The notes beneath the pieces were generated by a model. It worked only from the letters and a program-made list of their open reading frames with translations, did no database searches and was not told the origin of the DNA. The position numbers were made by a program, and so were the translations under genes. A stretch of DNA of 63,634 bases, counting the filler, from Hausera hauseri (Eukaryota): NCBI GenBank assembly GCA_046269625.1. It is 12 parts of 12 records of this genome, joined end to end, with 100 filler letters (N's around TTAATTAATTAA, not from the genome) between each part and the next. Parts side by side here need not be neighbours in the genome. Positions count along the whole stretch, not along the records: positions 1 to 5,461 come from JBJURY010249625.1; positions 5,562 to 12,326 come from JBJURY010067884.1; positions 12,427 to 16,835 come from JBJURY010595333.1; 9 more parts are not named here. One strand, 5' to 3'. Below are positions 1 to 13,025 of the stretch, one piece after another; positions within the stretch are counted from its first letter, which is position 1, and each line of letters begins with the position of its first letter.

Positions 1-3000
1 CTATTCTAACCCTGTTTGATCTGCGATGTTTTTTCGTACGAACGATTATTTTTATTACAAGCGCTAACGTAGTTAAAAAAATTATGGGACACAGTACTTT
101 TTATGATTAGCTGTATTCGGGAATAGGTATAACTCGTTTTCGGTAGTTGTGGACTTTTACTTATACCCACTCTTTTATTATCTATTGTCTGCTTTCTTTT
201 GTTTTTCGTTGAAGCTGTCAGTAACTTAGTAGAAATTATCGTATTATCGTCGCCATATAGTTGCAGTGTAATCGTATACTTCGTGTTTGGACTCAAGTCG
301 GCACGCGGCACTACGGTGTTATCCGGTGTAATTGTGCCTTTTGTTATAATCTTTTGACCTAGTTTACAAGTGAACTTAATTTTATAGAAATTTAAATCAG
401 GTTGGGTGGCTATAATTAAAGAAGTAAGCGTGAAAGATATTGTAACATATTCTAATACGGAACGCTTATAACGATAGAATGAGGCACGAGGTCGAATAAA
501 AATGGTCGTTTCTCCGACATTTGTCTTTATTTTATTGGATAATGTAGGATTCGCAAGAGGTGTTGTTACATGGGGCTTCTAGTCAACGTCATATTCAATG
601 ACACTTTTGAGTGGAACATGTATTCTGGGCCTTTGGTGAGTTAGACTTTTAATATCCTCTGGATCCTTTCGTACTAAGATAAATTGTACATCCTAGGTTC
701 TTCCTCGTAAGGCGTTACAGCAGACACGGAGATGCTTGTTGGTCAACTGGCAGATAGTTGTTATTCTTCGTCTCTTTTCTACATCCATAAGTCTTATACT
801 TATTACTCTATTCTCTTCCAATTCCACCATTGTTTTAATTTCGATGGAGCTTTGTCCACCTTTAAATTCTAGCGGCCTAACAGTGAGTTGAGTTAAAATT
901 ATCTCGTCTAATTTAGTTACGTACATGATTCGTCTAGTAGGGATCTGTATGATACCTCAGCAACTAGTATATTGCCATTGATAACGGTTCTTATGTCACT
1001 TGATTACAGTATAGTATATGAGATAATTGCCAGAGTCATTTACTACACATTCCGTTATATTTCGCCAATACGTAAGACCGCAATGATATTTTCGTTGTTT
1101 CGGGTTTCTTTCGTAATCATGCTCGTGGATCGCCTGAATTCCTATCATATACTGGTTGGGTAGTCTTTTGAATACCATAAATCTTATACATTTTTGGCCT
1201 TTCTTTGTATAGATTATAGCATGACAAATACTTTTTATCAGGCTATTTTCTAACGTTTCATTGGAAGGGAATGTTCTCATCCATGGATCCAGTGGTTTTG
1301 TTGTTTGAGCTAACAGGCCTGGTATCCCTAGAAGAACCAATAGACATAGGTATTTGAATGCTTTATAATTCGGAGTTTTATTATTTCTCTTTTTAAAATT
1401 GATGGCCCATACTAGTTCTTGTTCGTTGTTTCTTAATTCACTTTTTTTAGACGCCGGTTTACATCTTTTATTATGTACTTTAATTTTAGCGTTATTTTGC
1501 TTTAAACATATTTTCGGTAAATCCACTTTTTCTACTTCGTAAGGTCCCTTATAGGATCTATCCAGCTTGGATGTCTTGCCCTTTTTATTTAACGGTGTGT
1601 ATAGCATCATTTTATCTCCCAGTTTAATTATCGGTTGATTTGCCTTTTCATCATAGTACTTTTTGTATTTCATTTTGTACTCCTTCTGATTATCCTTTAT
1701 TATTGTATACTCTAATTGGAGACGTTCCAGCATTAACTGCTTGTATTCCTCTACTTCCATTAACTGAAATATAGGCCGTACATTGAAATCCAAATCGACT
1801 GGTAATTTGGAATCTCTTAAATACATCATATAAAAGGGTGTCTCTTTAGTAGCTTTATGCACAGACGTTCGATTCACAAAGAAACATGCAATAATGTACT
1901 CATCCCAGTCATCTTGTCTTACATTAACTACTGTTTGTAGCTTCTCTTTCAGATCTCCTATATACCTTTCAACCATTCTGTTGTTCTCTGGATGACCCGA
2001 AGTTGACCTCAGCTTTAATATTTTCATAATATCGTAATTGCTTGCATTACATTAGCGGTTAGATTAAATGCTTATTCTTTTAACACAATTCGAGGAGCTT
2101 TATAATTAAATATGATGTTTTCTCTAAATTTTTCGGTTTTCGTTTGAGCTTTTATATCTGGCATGGACAGTGCGACGACCCATCGGGTGAAATAATCTAT
2201 AAGCACCAGAATATATTTATTTCCGTTTCTTGTCAATGGTAAGGGCCCGTTATATCCATTGCTGTAAATTCAACCGGGGCAGGTGGATTGTCTCATATTT
2301 TCAGGGGAGCTTTAAATTTGGATCGCGTATCCTTTCGTGTGGCACAAAGTTTGCAGCTGTCACACCAATCTTGGACATCCTTGGCTATAGTAGACCAGAA
2401 GTATTTCATTTCTAGTTTGTTCATCGTTTTTCTTACTGATTGATGTCCATCTAGTAATCCGTCATGATATTGGATCAGTAGTAATGCTATATTCCTTTTT
2501 GGAAGTACTAGTACGGGTCCACTTTCATGCATATAATATAGAAATCCATCTTTTTCTTCGTACGCATCGCTAAATCTGGTTAAATGAGGAGCCAATTCTC
2601 TATCCTTTGGTACAATTTTATATTGTATATAAGCTCTAATGGCTTTTATTTCTTCATCTTCTCGTTGATTCTCTTTTATCCTCTCTACGGATCCATCCAT
2701 ACTCCATACCGCTGCAATTACCTCTTTCTTTTCTACCTCTTTCTGCGGCATTCTTGATAAATAATCCGCGTTCGCATTTCGTGTGCCGTGCTTGTACTGG
2801 AAATCTAACGTATAAGGTTGAAGTTCTAAAGCCCATCGTAGTAGTCTACTATTGGGGTTCTCATGTTTCTTTAGCCATTTCAGTAGTCGATGGTCTGTAT
2901 AGATTACCAACGTGTATTCTCACTGATATAAGATAAGAATACTTCTAAGGCTAATATTACCACCAGCAGTTTCTTTTAATAACGGTATATTTCTTTTGAT

Positions 3001-5461
3001 GTTTCTTTAATTTTCTCGGCGCATAAGCAAATGGATGTTCCTTGCCGTCTTCGCCCTTTTGTGATAATATCGCTGCTACTCCATAATCGTTTGCATCCGT
3101 TACCAGTATGAATGGTTTAGTCATATCTGGATAAATCAGAATGGGGGCGTTCAATAATTTTTCTTTCAGGTCCCCGAAGGCCTTTTTGCACTTACCTGTC
3201 CATATCACCTTTTCTAAGTCTTCACGTAATAATTCATATAATGGTTTGGCTATCTTACAAAAATTCTTTATGAATCTTCGATAATAATTTGCGAGTTCTA
3301 AAAATCTGCATAATTCATTAACAGTAGTGGGTTTTGGAAAATCTTTAATTTTGTTCAATAGTCTATCTTGAGGTTTCATAACGTGTCCGAGAAAGTCAAC
3401 TTCGGTTTGAGCAAATGAGCATTTCTTCAGGTTTATGTTTAAACCCATTACTTCACATCTATCAAAGAGTTCTTGCAGGCCCTTAAAATGCTGTTGGAAA
3501 TCCGATGATGCTATGATTACGTCATCGATATATACCATAACATGTGGTGCATCTAGAAATAATAATTCTGTTCCTCTTTGAAAAGTCGGGGGCCCATTCT
3601 TTAAACCAAATGGCATTCTATTGAATTTCCATAACCCTTCCCCTATGGAAAAGGCCGTTTTCGGCTTATCCTTTACTTCTATTTGCCAATATCCTTTCTG
3701 TAGATCAATTGTAGTGAATATGGTTGAGCCGTGCAACTTTTCGAGTATTTCATCAATCCTTGGTAGTGGATGTGTCTGTTTCCGTTATTTCGTTTAACGC
3801 TCTATAATCTATACAGAATCTCATAGCTCATTCTTTCTTTTTCACCATCACTACTGGAGCCGTCCATGGGAAACAGCTGAGCCGTATTATTTTGTTTCCT
3901 CTCATTTCATTTATAATTTACGAGCTTTTTCATTTTTGTTTTATGCCAGTCCGTATGGTCGCTTCTTGACGGGTTTGTTTTGTCACTCTTTCAACTTGAT
4001 CACATGTTGTATTACGTTCATTGTTTCTAAATCATAATCATTTTGAGCGAATCGGTTATTGTTTTTTTCCAACAACTGGATGAGCATTCTTCTTTCTTCA
4101 CTGGATATATTACAATCTTGTAGCATTTCTTCCCAATTAATGCGAGTAGTGTCTTTCTCTATATTTTTATTCAGCCTTCCTCTTAATTTCTTTATCGTCA
4201 ATTTCGAAATCTCCTCCACTTCGGAGATCACCTAATTGATAGTTTCTTTTGGTACTTCTTCGACATCTATCACTTGTCCAAGTCTCGTATTCTTTCTCAA
4301 CCATTTTTCCTTAGTTTCTGTATTAAAAAGTCTTAGATGAATTTTCTGTCTCTTATCCTATGTACATATGGTGCGACAAGAATGTCATGTTTCTCCATTA
4401 TTTGCGGAAATGGTTCAACGTGTACATAATTCGTTAATGGTCTGTATTCTATTTTACCGGGTACTACTACTTCAGAACGTGGCAGAATTATAACGCCTTT
4501 AGTTAGTGAGACTGATCCTTCATATTGATTTTCGTTAAACATTTTGAGTTGGCCAGTTTTGACGTCTATATACACGTTGTCTAATTGATGCAATACATCG
4601 CATCCAATCAGTATTTCATTAGTTAAATTTTTAGCCACTCTTATGGTATGGTTTATTGTCTGGCCACAGATTTTAATTTTTGCATCTAAAACCATCTTTA
4701 TCTCTTCCTCCATACCAAATGCTCCGACGTTAATCAATGTTTCTTCCGGCTTTCGTAATTTACTCACTAATTCTTTGGGTAATTGGCTTTTCCCCATTAT
4801 TGTGGTAGTGGATCCCGTATCTATTAGGGCCGTTAAAGTATGTCTATGTACATTGATGTCTATTTCTTATCTCAATGCCGACTGGAGCCCGTTATTATCG
4901 CTCGTTTTGAACGTAGGCTGACGACTATGTGGTGCTGGATTTTCTTCGTAATCCTGTTTTAGGCGCAATACCTCATACGTGGGACACATTCCTCCATGTT
5001 TCACATATTGAGGAGCTGATGGACTTAACATTTGTTCATTAAATATTTGTTTGTGATATTTGTCTGCAGAGTCTAACTGAGGTAAATCAGTAACCAGTTT
5101 TTGTTTATACTTCTGTCTTCCTGATTTTAATGAAAATCGTCCCAGTTTTCTTAAATTTCTAGCACTTCTAAATTTGATATTCGAATCATTTTAGTCCTCA
5201 TCATTTTTATCGTTTAGAGTACTATATGGCGAATTCTTCTCGATATCGTTATTTCTTTCTTTAAGTTTTTTCCTTTTCCATCTTACGTCATGATTTGCTA
5301 GGAAACAACTAGCAGCTGCTGGTATTACCGCTATGACGATTTTCGATAAGCATCTGACTGCTGCATGTATTCCGTAAGCTTTACCAAGTGCAATGAATAT
5401 CGTCCATAGGGCACTGATGATGAAATATATTGCTAATAATCCTGAAGTAGCCTGACCAAAA
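1..5461 (-). mobile_element. Decayed Ty3/Gypsy LTR retrotransposon pol (PR-RT-RH-IN) with in-frame env-like 3' extension; no LTR within contig
   Basis: Protease LIDTGS (~4810-4825); RT (MPFGLKNGP, VYIDD; ORF 2957-3736); RNase H (LVTDAND, YTDH); integrase HHCC (YHDG..GH..CDSCKLC) and core (DYFTRW, HPENN..VER). Several stops and frameshifts. Confidence 0.93.
6..1365 (-). pseudogene. env-like extension fused to integrase: signal peptide, Cys-containing ectodomain, FN3-like modules, RYKR furin-type site
   Basis: ORFs 996-2027, 693-926 and 6-311 are all in one frame, separated only by point stops. Signal-like AFKYLCLLVLLGIPGLLA at ~1305-1362; RYKR/S at 462-473; FN3-type DLSPNTKYTITLQLY at ~258-302. 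Confidence 0.6.
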
Positions 5462-5561
5462 NNNNNNNNNNNNNNNNNNNNNNNNNNNNNNNNNNNNNNN
5501 NNNNNTTAATTAATTAANNNNNNNNNNNNNNNNNNNNNNNNNNNNNNNNNNNNNNNNNNNN
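5462..5561. other. Artificial contig-joining spacer (first of 11)
   Basis: Exact 100-bp N44-TTAATTAATTAA-N44 (stops in six frames). Repeats at 12327, 16836, 21399, 26445, 35420, 42337, 46883, 51042, 55121 and 59420. Confidence 0.99.
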
Positions 5562-8200
5562 AATGACATCCTGCACAGCCTTACCAACACTAACACGTAC
5601 TCCACAATTGACTTGCATAAAGCATATCATCAAATTCCTGTTACACATGATAATATTCCAAAAACTGCTATTATTACTCAATTTGGCTTCTACGAATATA
5701 TATTTATGCCATTGGGTTTACGTTGTGCTTCTCAAACTTTCCAACGGCACATTCATACCGTACTGTCAGGCCTAGACTTCGCCCATCCATACAATGATGA
5801 CATATTAGTTGCCTCTACGTCTGCCAGACAACATCAAGAACACCTTTGTATCATCTTTCACAGATTACATCATAGCAATTTGCAAGTCAACTTCTTCAAG
5901 TGTCATTTCTTTCAAAATCGTGTTAATTTCCTGAGTCATGTCATCACTCCTCACGGCCACTCTCCACAACCAGATCAACTACAACAATTGAAGAACATAA
6001 CTTTACCAACCACTACCACAGACATGAGAAGTTTTTTAGGAACACTCCACTTCATCCACAAATACGTACCGCATTGTTCTGAGCTTGCAGCACCTTTCGC
6101 ACATCTATTATCCGAAAAAAAGAGGCAATTGATCCACTGGACTCCTGTTTTGGTAACCAATTTTTATCACTTGCGCGATGGTCTTAAAACGGTAGAAATA
6201 CTGGCTTATCCGAAACTCAAGGCAGATCTTATTCCTACAACCGATGCCTCAACGACAGCTACTGGCGCGGTACTACACTAGGTCTCTAATGGCGTCGACG
6301 AGCCATTAGAATTTTATTCTAAGAAGCTTAAACAACTCGACAGCCGTTACTCCACATTTGACCGTGAGTTACTGGCCATAGTTCTGGCAGTAAAACACTT
6401 TAAACACTTACTTCTCTCTCGTCCATTCGTCATTCAAACTGACCATAAACCTCTGCTGCACATCATGTCGTTAAAAGAGCCATCACCGAGGCAAGAGAGA
6501 CATATTTCATACCTTTCTACGTTCAGTTTTACTTTGGAATATATCTCAGACACGGATAACTTGGTAGCTGACTTTCTATCGAGGTGGGTTGGATCCATTA
6601 CAGTTCAGCCGATTTTCTCATCTGAAGTCTTAAAGTCCAATCAACTATCTGCTGATTTCCTCAGTTCCTTCAAATCCTACGAGATCATTGATGTAGTAGC
6701 TTTTGATACATCTAATACAGGTAATAAAAAGGTCATTCTAGCACCACCTTTACAAAAACCAGCTTTTGTTCATACGCATTCACTCCATCATCCAGGTTCG
6801 AAAGAAACCTTTCGCCTGCTTCAACGTCATGTAGTATGGCCATTAATGCGCAAAGATGTACAGGACTGGGTTAAAGAATGCATAGCCTGTCAAAAATACA
6901 AGATCAACGAACACTTTAAACTACCACTTTACCACTTTCCCTGTACATTACGCTTTCATACAGTTCATCTTGATTTAGTTGGTCCTTTACCTGCCGACAA
7001 CGGGTATCAACACATATTTACTATGATGGATCATGCTTTTCGTTGGCCTAAAGCCGTTCCTCTTCGTTCGACAAACACAGATTCAGTAGCAGACGCTTTT
7101 ATTAAAATCTGGATCAGTCGCTTTGGTTCCCCACGCTACATAATAACGGATCAAGGTCCACAATTTGAGTCTGAGCTTTTCAAACACTTGTCAAACGTTT
7201 GGGGATATCCCATTTTCACACTACACCATATCATCCTCAAGCAAACGGCCTTTTTAAAAGGTTCTATCGTACAATGAAAGTTTTATTAAAAATCTTGGCT
7301 GATACTAATCGTAATTGGACGTCCATTCTACCATTTGTTCTACTAGGTTGGCGCAACACACCTTGGACAACTACCGGTTGCACTCCAGCCGAAGCACTCA
7401 TTGGGACTCCAATTAGAGCCTTATTTGAGCTTTCTGATCTTGACGACAATCTTGCAGACAAAACCATTCGTGCAGCACAATCTCACTTCGTAGAGGTCAG
7501 CTCAGATTCTTTCTGCCGCCTCTTTAATAACAACAAATCCTGCATTCCGAAGGATTTATACTGCGCCAAGTTTGTGTGGTTAAAAGATCAATCTCCTTCT
7601 GGTTTTAGACCTTAATATGTTGACCCGTACAAACTGCTGAATCTTTCACCTCACACAGCAACAATCTTACGCAAAGGTAAACCGTACAACGTCCACATTT
7701 TGAATCTGAAGCCTGCCTTTTTCAGTGACGATATTTCTGGTAACAATTCTACATTCAATTCAGACTCGGCTAGCACTTCTACTGACTTTCTAAACGATTT
7801 TGCGCCGGTGCAGCAATCACTACTCGATTACACTCAATCATTATCATTTCTTCCATCCGTCTCACTTCACTCTCCATCATCATGCTCACAACCTTCATCT
7901 ACTTTCTTGCTTGACTCATCTTTGCTATCATCCCCATCACAAAATATCACATAACAGCCCAGCGCAAATCCATCGAGTAAGGTACGTAGAGTGACATTCA
8001 ATACGTACAGCAGAGAAAAGTTCTTTAATGGCACACAACGCCTGACCCGTACTAAAATTGAATATGAACCAAACCTTATTCTTTGTTGCGTTTCGTTGTT
8101 GTCACTCGTATTATCTTCATCATTCTTTTTTCATTACATAGCTTCTTTTCTGCCGCGCGGGGGGGGGTTGATGTGGTGCCGTGGTCGTGGGGGCGCTCTG
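5562..8200 (+). mobile_element. CsRn1/Kabuki-like Ty3/Gypsy pol (RT-RH-IN), copy A, with PPT and start of 3' LTR
   Basis: KAYHQIP, MPLGLRCASQTFQR, YNDD (defective YxDD); TTDAS; HSLHHPG..CIACQ; VHLDLVGPLP, TDQGPQFES, YHPQANG; S/T/P-rich tail. G-run PPT at ~8159-8167, then TGTGGTGCC at 8172. Confidence 0.92.
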
Positions 8201-9067
8201 TTTCGTCACCAGATTTGCAAATCATCATTCTCCAATTTCTCTCAATCAATACGAATCCTATCGGCAAACACTGATTATGAAATCAAGTATAATCAGATCA
8301 AATCAATCAACCGATGAATGCAATTCTACTTCAATGCAAACAGCATAATATTTACTTTTCTTCAACATTGAAGCCAATCCGACGAAAGATACCTGTCCCA
8401 TAGGTTACTGCTACGCCAGTACCTATCAATTTTATATCAGAACAGCGAGTGAAAAGAACTGTTAGAATGACGTATGAGATCCATGAACGCGAAATGGATT
8501 TGGAAATGTATTGAAGAATTGTGTAGATTCTGCTGAGTCTTGATGAAACCTGTAATTGAAATAAAAAATAATTTTAGACAATAAATGTAGAAATATGCTC
8601 ATTCGATATGGCCATTTAAGTTCCTACAGTCATATAGCCAGAAATTTAAAGGATTTCATTAAGCTCCCATTGGTGAAAGTAGCTATGATGATTTCAACCG
8701 ACATTCAAATGAAACCAAAGAAACGTTTGATTCTCTGACAATTGAAGCAATTAGGGCAAAAGCGTAGAAACGAGCTATTCATCAAGCACCAAATGCATTT
8801 CAGGACCGTAAAAAAAAATTCGATGCACTTTGATAATACACTTTAATTATTATGCACTTCTTTAGATGAATTTTGTAAATGACTGTCGTTTTGGATTTTT
8901 TTAATGTGATATGTTTCCGTTATATTTGTTCGTTATGCTGTTTAATGACGACAAATTGTTGTGTGGTAAAACATAAGATAATGATTAATTGATTTTTTCG
9001 AAGTAAACAATATAACATATTACCGTAGAGACTTTTTTCTTTTTAATTTCTGATTTTTGCTTATCTC

Positions 9068-11069
9068 ATGATGATAGAACCAAATTGGTGTCAGAAATAC
9101 AACAGTAATGTGGATACTCAACGAGCATTGTCAATCTTTTATAGTTTACGAAACGAATTACAGAAAACATATGACACGCAGAAATTGAAGCCAATCAATC
9201 AGATTGCAGCTATTTTTGAAATTTCTTCCTTTTCGAAAATTGTTGGTATCCATAAATTAATCAACGATTTACAACAGCACAAAAATTTGAAACTGGATGA
9301 TATTCAAGTTAATGAACATTGTACTATAACTATTTCAAAAAAAGTGTCGATTCAAATGACAATTCACTTTCTTTAGAAACAATTTCACCCCATCAAACTC
9401 TTGTTTTTTCCGTAAAATGCACTGGAATTTTTGTTGAAAATATTTCAAATGATTCACGCTTTAAAGCATTTGAAGACAAGTTCGATCATTTACGTGACCT
9501 GAACATGAGTATTAAAACCGTACCATTTTGGATTGACTTAATAATGGGAAATAACGTTTTATTAATAGTTTTTCATTTTGCCAAAAAACTGGATGTAGCC
9601 ATTAAACATATTGATATTTCAGTATCTGTTGCACAACTAATAATGAGTCTGAAATATGCGTATACTGCTGCAATTGTTGATGGTTTGTTATTGTCAACTT
9701 ATGAAAATCGATTCATATGGAAATTATTATCTTCCTTGCCACAGTCGCATGCATTTTTGGTAATTTCGTTGATACATACTCTTCTAATATTGATATTTTT
9801 AGCAAATTACATCGGTGATTGTTTCTGTACTGATTTTACCTGTTTCTACTCTAATACAATATCTATTATATCAATGATTCTGGCATATTTATTTGCCAGG
9901 GGTGAAGGATTAAAACATGTTTAATACATTATTTACCAATATATTTCACATTTACATCTGAGTTTTATTTGTATGCATCTACCGCATTTTTTGGTTTTCT
10001 TAATTTTTACTTGTTTCCGAAAGCTCTGAATGAACGTCAATCGAGATTTGGTATTTCACCAAAGTTTGTTTACTTTTAGTTTTTCCGATGACTTTAAATA
10101 CCTCCTGATTATTGTTATGTGTCAATATTTAACAACAATACCAAGTTTTGTTGTCAGCAACGACAGACCAATTGATTTTAGTTACGTTGTCAGCAATGCA
10201 TACTGGACTTGTACATCAAGTTTTGCCCTTTTTACGCATTCACCATATGAAAAAATTAAATTACATCCAGATGATCACGTATGTCATGATAAAGGCTGTA
10301 AAAAATTCCAGTTAAGCAGCTGTATGAATTACATCCACATCAGTATTCATACGAATCAATTTGAAAAAACTGGCCAAATTTACTTCTTATTTTCATTGAT
10401 CCCTGTAGAAATTCTGATTTTGATTCTAATAACGTAAAATTGAATTGTGCCACTGCCGTTATGACAGTATTTTTTCATACTCCCAGATATTCTGAGGAAG
10501 AATATCAATATAAAAACTTGCGAAGGCCTAACCGATTACTTTTTGAATCAGTTACCAGTGACTTTTTTCGCCAGAAACTTTCGAGAAAAGTACCTTTTAA
10601 TCCTCATTATTGTTTTGAAAGTTCATAGTGGCGATTCACCGTTGGGGCACTCAAATCCTACCTCTCATTGCTCGACCAGTTCCGACGAAATAACACAAGG
10701 TAATTATGACAGTTTTTCATACACTCAATCATTTAAATTATGGGACGAATATAGACTAATCCGCTTAGTTAGTCTGTCTTCCTCAATCAATTTTTTAAAC
10801 TGGTTGCCCAACGTTTATGCTTCATATTTTGGCAAACCAGCTTTACGTATTGTACTATCATCTGATAATATTGAATTTCGCGAAATTGACTTTAAACGGG
10901 TGAAACCGACTGCCACCTTAATCTAAATGGTCACATTGCATCGGTTTTTCAACTGTCCATCTCTCAAAAATCATGTTTCATAGCCAGTGGCTGCAGCAAC
11001 GGTTGGATTAATGTTTGGCACATCAAAAATAGCTGCCTGTTAATCCATCGTTCAAATTTAGACAAAAAT
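9068..11069 (+). pseudogene. WDR81: Degenerate, internally reduced BEACH/WD40 protein, WDR81-like
   Basis: LKLDDIQVNEH resembles the WDR81 N-terminal region; PFWIDLIMG matches BEACH WIDLxFG; WD40 segments SFKLWD..LSSDNIEFREID and LNGHIASVFQLSISQKSCFIASGCSNGWINVWHI (10923-11025). Frameshifts present. Confidence 0.55.
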
Positions 11070-11270
11070 ATGACAACTGTATCAATTGGTGAACTCAATT
11101 TGCGACCCACCATTTCAAAACCAAAATCACGATTCGCAATCAGTGAATGTTTGAAGTTGTCACCGCTTACAATGTATCGAAGTACTGGTCTGCCTACGAC
11201 GATGATCACTCATACAAGGGATTCTCTGGTTGAGGGCCCGGGCGTGCCCGCCCCCGTTGCGCCATGTCCC

Positions 11271-12326
11271 CTTTCTTTTCTCATCTTTACTAATACTAAA
11301 CATGTCCACACATTAAGGGTTACACATAGACAAACAGCTCATATTCTTTATACTGAATTGTCCTCTTATTTCGGCTCCTCTGGTTTTTATCTTATGCACA
11401 ACGGTCTAACTTTGCAACCTTACAACTCTTTCATCCTTTGCACCCGAGAAATACTCCATCACTCTCACTGTCCATTTTCGCATCCGTGGTGGATCAAACC
11501 TTGACCCTTCTACCGAACACTTAACAAAAACTAGATCTGGTCGTCATCCTGTCGACACCACACCAATAACTTCTCCAAATCTCCCCTGCACGGATCTTTT
11601 TCTAAACAAGACAAACTCTAGTCGTACCTGGCTGCAGTTCCATTTGCAATGGCTTAAAGCTAATCATATTACAGATCCCTTTCTGCGGGCTAACAGTTTT
11701 CTGCTATGGCTCCCAGCCAATTTGGCTGACATACTCTCCTCTTCAAGCCCGTATGATATGCTGTACGGATCGGTTCTACATATCACCTTCCCTTCCATCG
11801 ACAGCATAATCCAGAAGTACTTTAACGAACACGCCATTGGAAATTAAAAACTATCGGATTTCCTTAAAACGACCATCTCACAACTGAGCTTTTTAGGCGT
11901 GACTCCGACGAACAATGCTGATCTTCTTTGTCGGTACTTTCTCTCATCTCTGCCAACCTCCATCCGAGCGCTGCTTACTGCAGTAGATAACTCTACTGCC
12001 CTCGAAAAGCTCTCCTTATTGGCAGACAAAAGCTTTGATATTCTGCAGTCCAATAACTCGCAGCCTGTAGCCGCAGCAACTACTCATACACTGCCAGACA
12101 ACACTTTATTTGCACAACAACTAAACATGATGCAGAAACAATTCAATACCCTCCAACAAGCCATTTCTGCAATCACAGCCCAACTTAGTGACTTATCCGT
12201 GCCTCGAGGAAGTGAAAATCGTATTTCTCGCAATCGCAGTCTTTCCAGGCACTCTTCTCGTTCTAAATCTAGAGATGGTAGAATGACGTGCTTTTATCAC
12301 AACAAATTCCGCAAAGATGCAAGGAA
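11271..12326 (+). mobile_element. Ubiquitin-like domain-Gag fusion (copy 1)
   Basis: LIFTNTKHVHTLRV..FYLMHNGLTL, one frameshift, then TLTVHFRIRGG ending 11493. Continues in frame with Gag (SSRTWLQFHLQWLKAN, LLCRYFLSSLP, LEKLSLLADK) and the start of a CHCC knuckle (CFYHNKF). Confidence 0.85.
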
Positions 12327-12426
12327 NNNNNNNNNNNNNNNNNNNNNNNNNNNNNNNNNNNNNNNNNNNNTTAATTAATTAANNNNNNNNNNNNNNNNNN
12401 NNNNNNNNNNNNNNNNNNNNNNNNNN

Positions 12427-13025
12427 ATTTTATCAGTCACGCAACTCCCTTTGACATCCGCAAGAACAAGAAGGGAATAACAACAATAATCCGTAATATT
12501 AACGAAACAACACATTATATCATTCACTAACTTTTTCTTCTCCACATTCACAGTTAATCTTTCCATCATAATGTTACACATCTCCATAGGAAACTCCGTC
12601 AACGTATGTATCATCTCTATCACAATTTCCATAATTAAATATTCTTCATCTATCTCTTGATCGTTCCCTCTTTTCGGCTTATACTTCGATAAACGTCTAA
12701 ATATGATTGTCAGCTTATTGAACTTCATTAGCACAAAAATATAACAAACAAGACTATACCATCTTGCATTTTCATTGAGCATGACAAAGTATGTAATTGT
12801 TTTCACTTGAATATAACGTCGCATTTGCTGTTGAAAATAAAGCGTAAGGGACATTTTAATTTGGCAATGTTTTAGGAGCCTTTTTCTATCATTCTTCGCC
12901 ATATGTCCAAGGGAGATTTTACATGTATAATCTCCGAATCTTTCTCTGTTAATAGAGACGTAAATCGAACGATTTCGTTTATTATAACCCACAAAATAAG
13001 TATCTTTCAGAATCTTGTGTATCAT
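12427..13025 (-). CDS. Hypothetical protein, 3'-truncated by contig end
   Basis: ~200 open codons in AT-rich DNA; no recognisable motif. Confidence 0.3.

Noticed and set aside
5506-5517. Recurring TTAATTAATTAA as a biological motif
   Set aside because: Always centred in an exact 100-bp N spacer, so it is an assembly linker. ORFs crossing it are artefacts.
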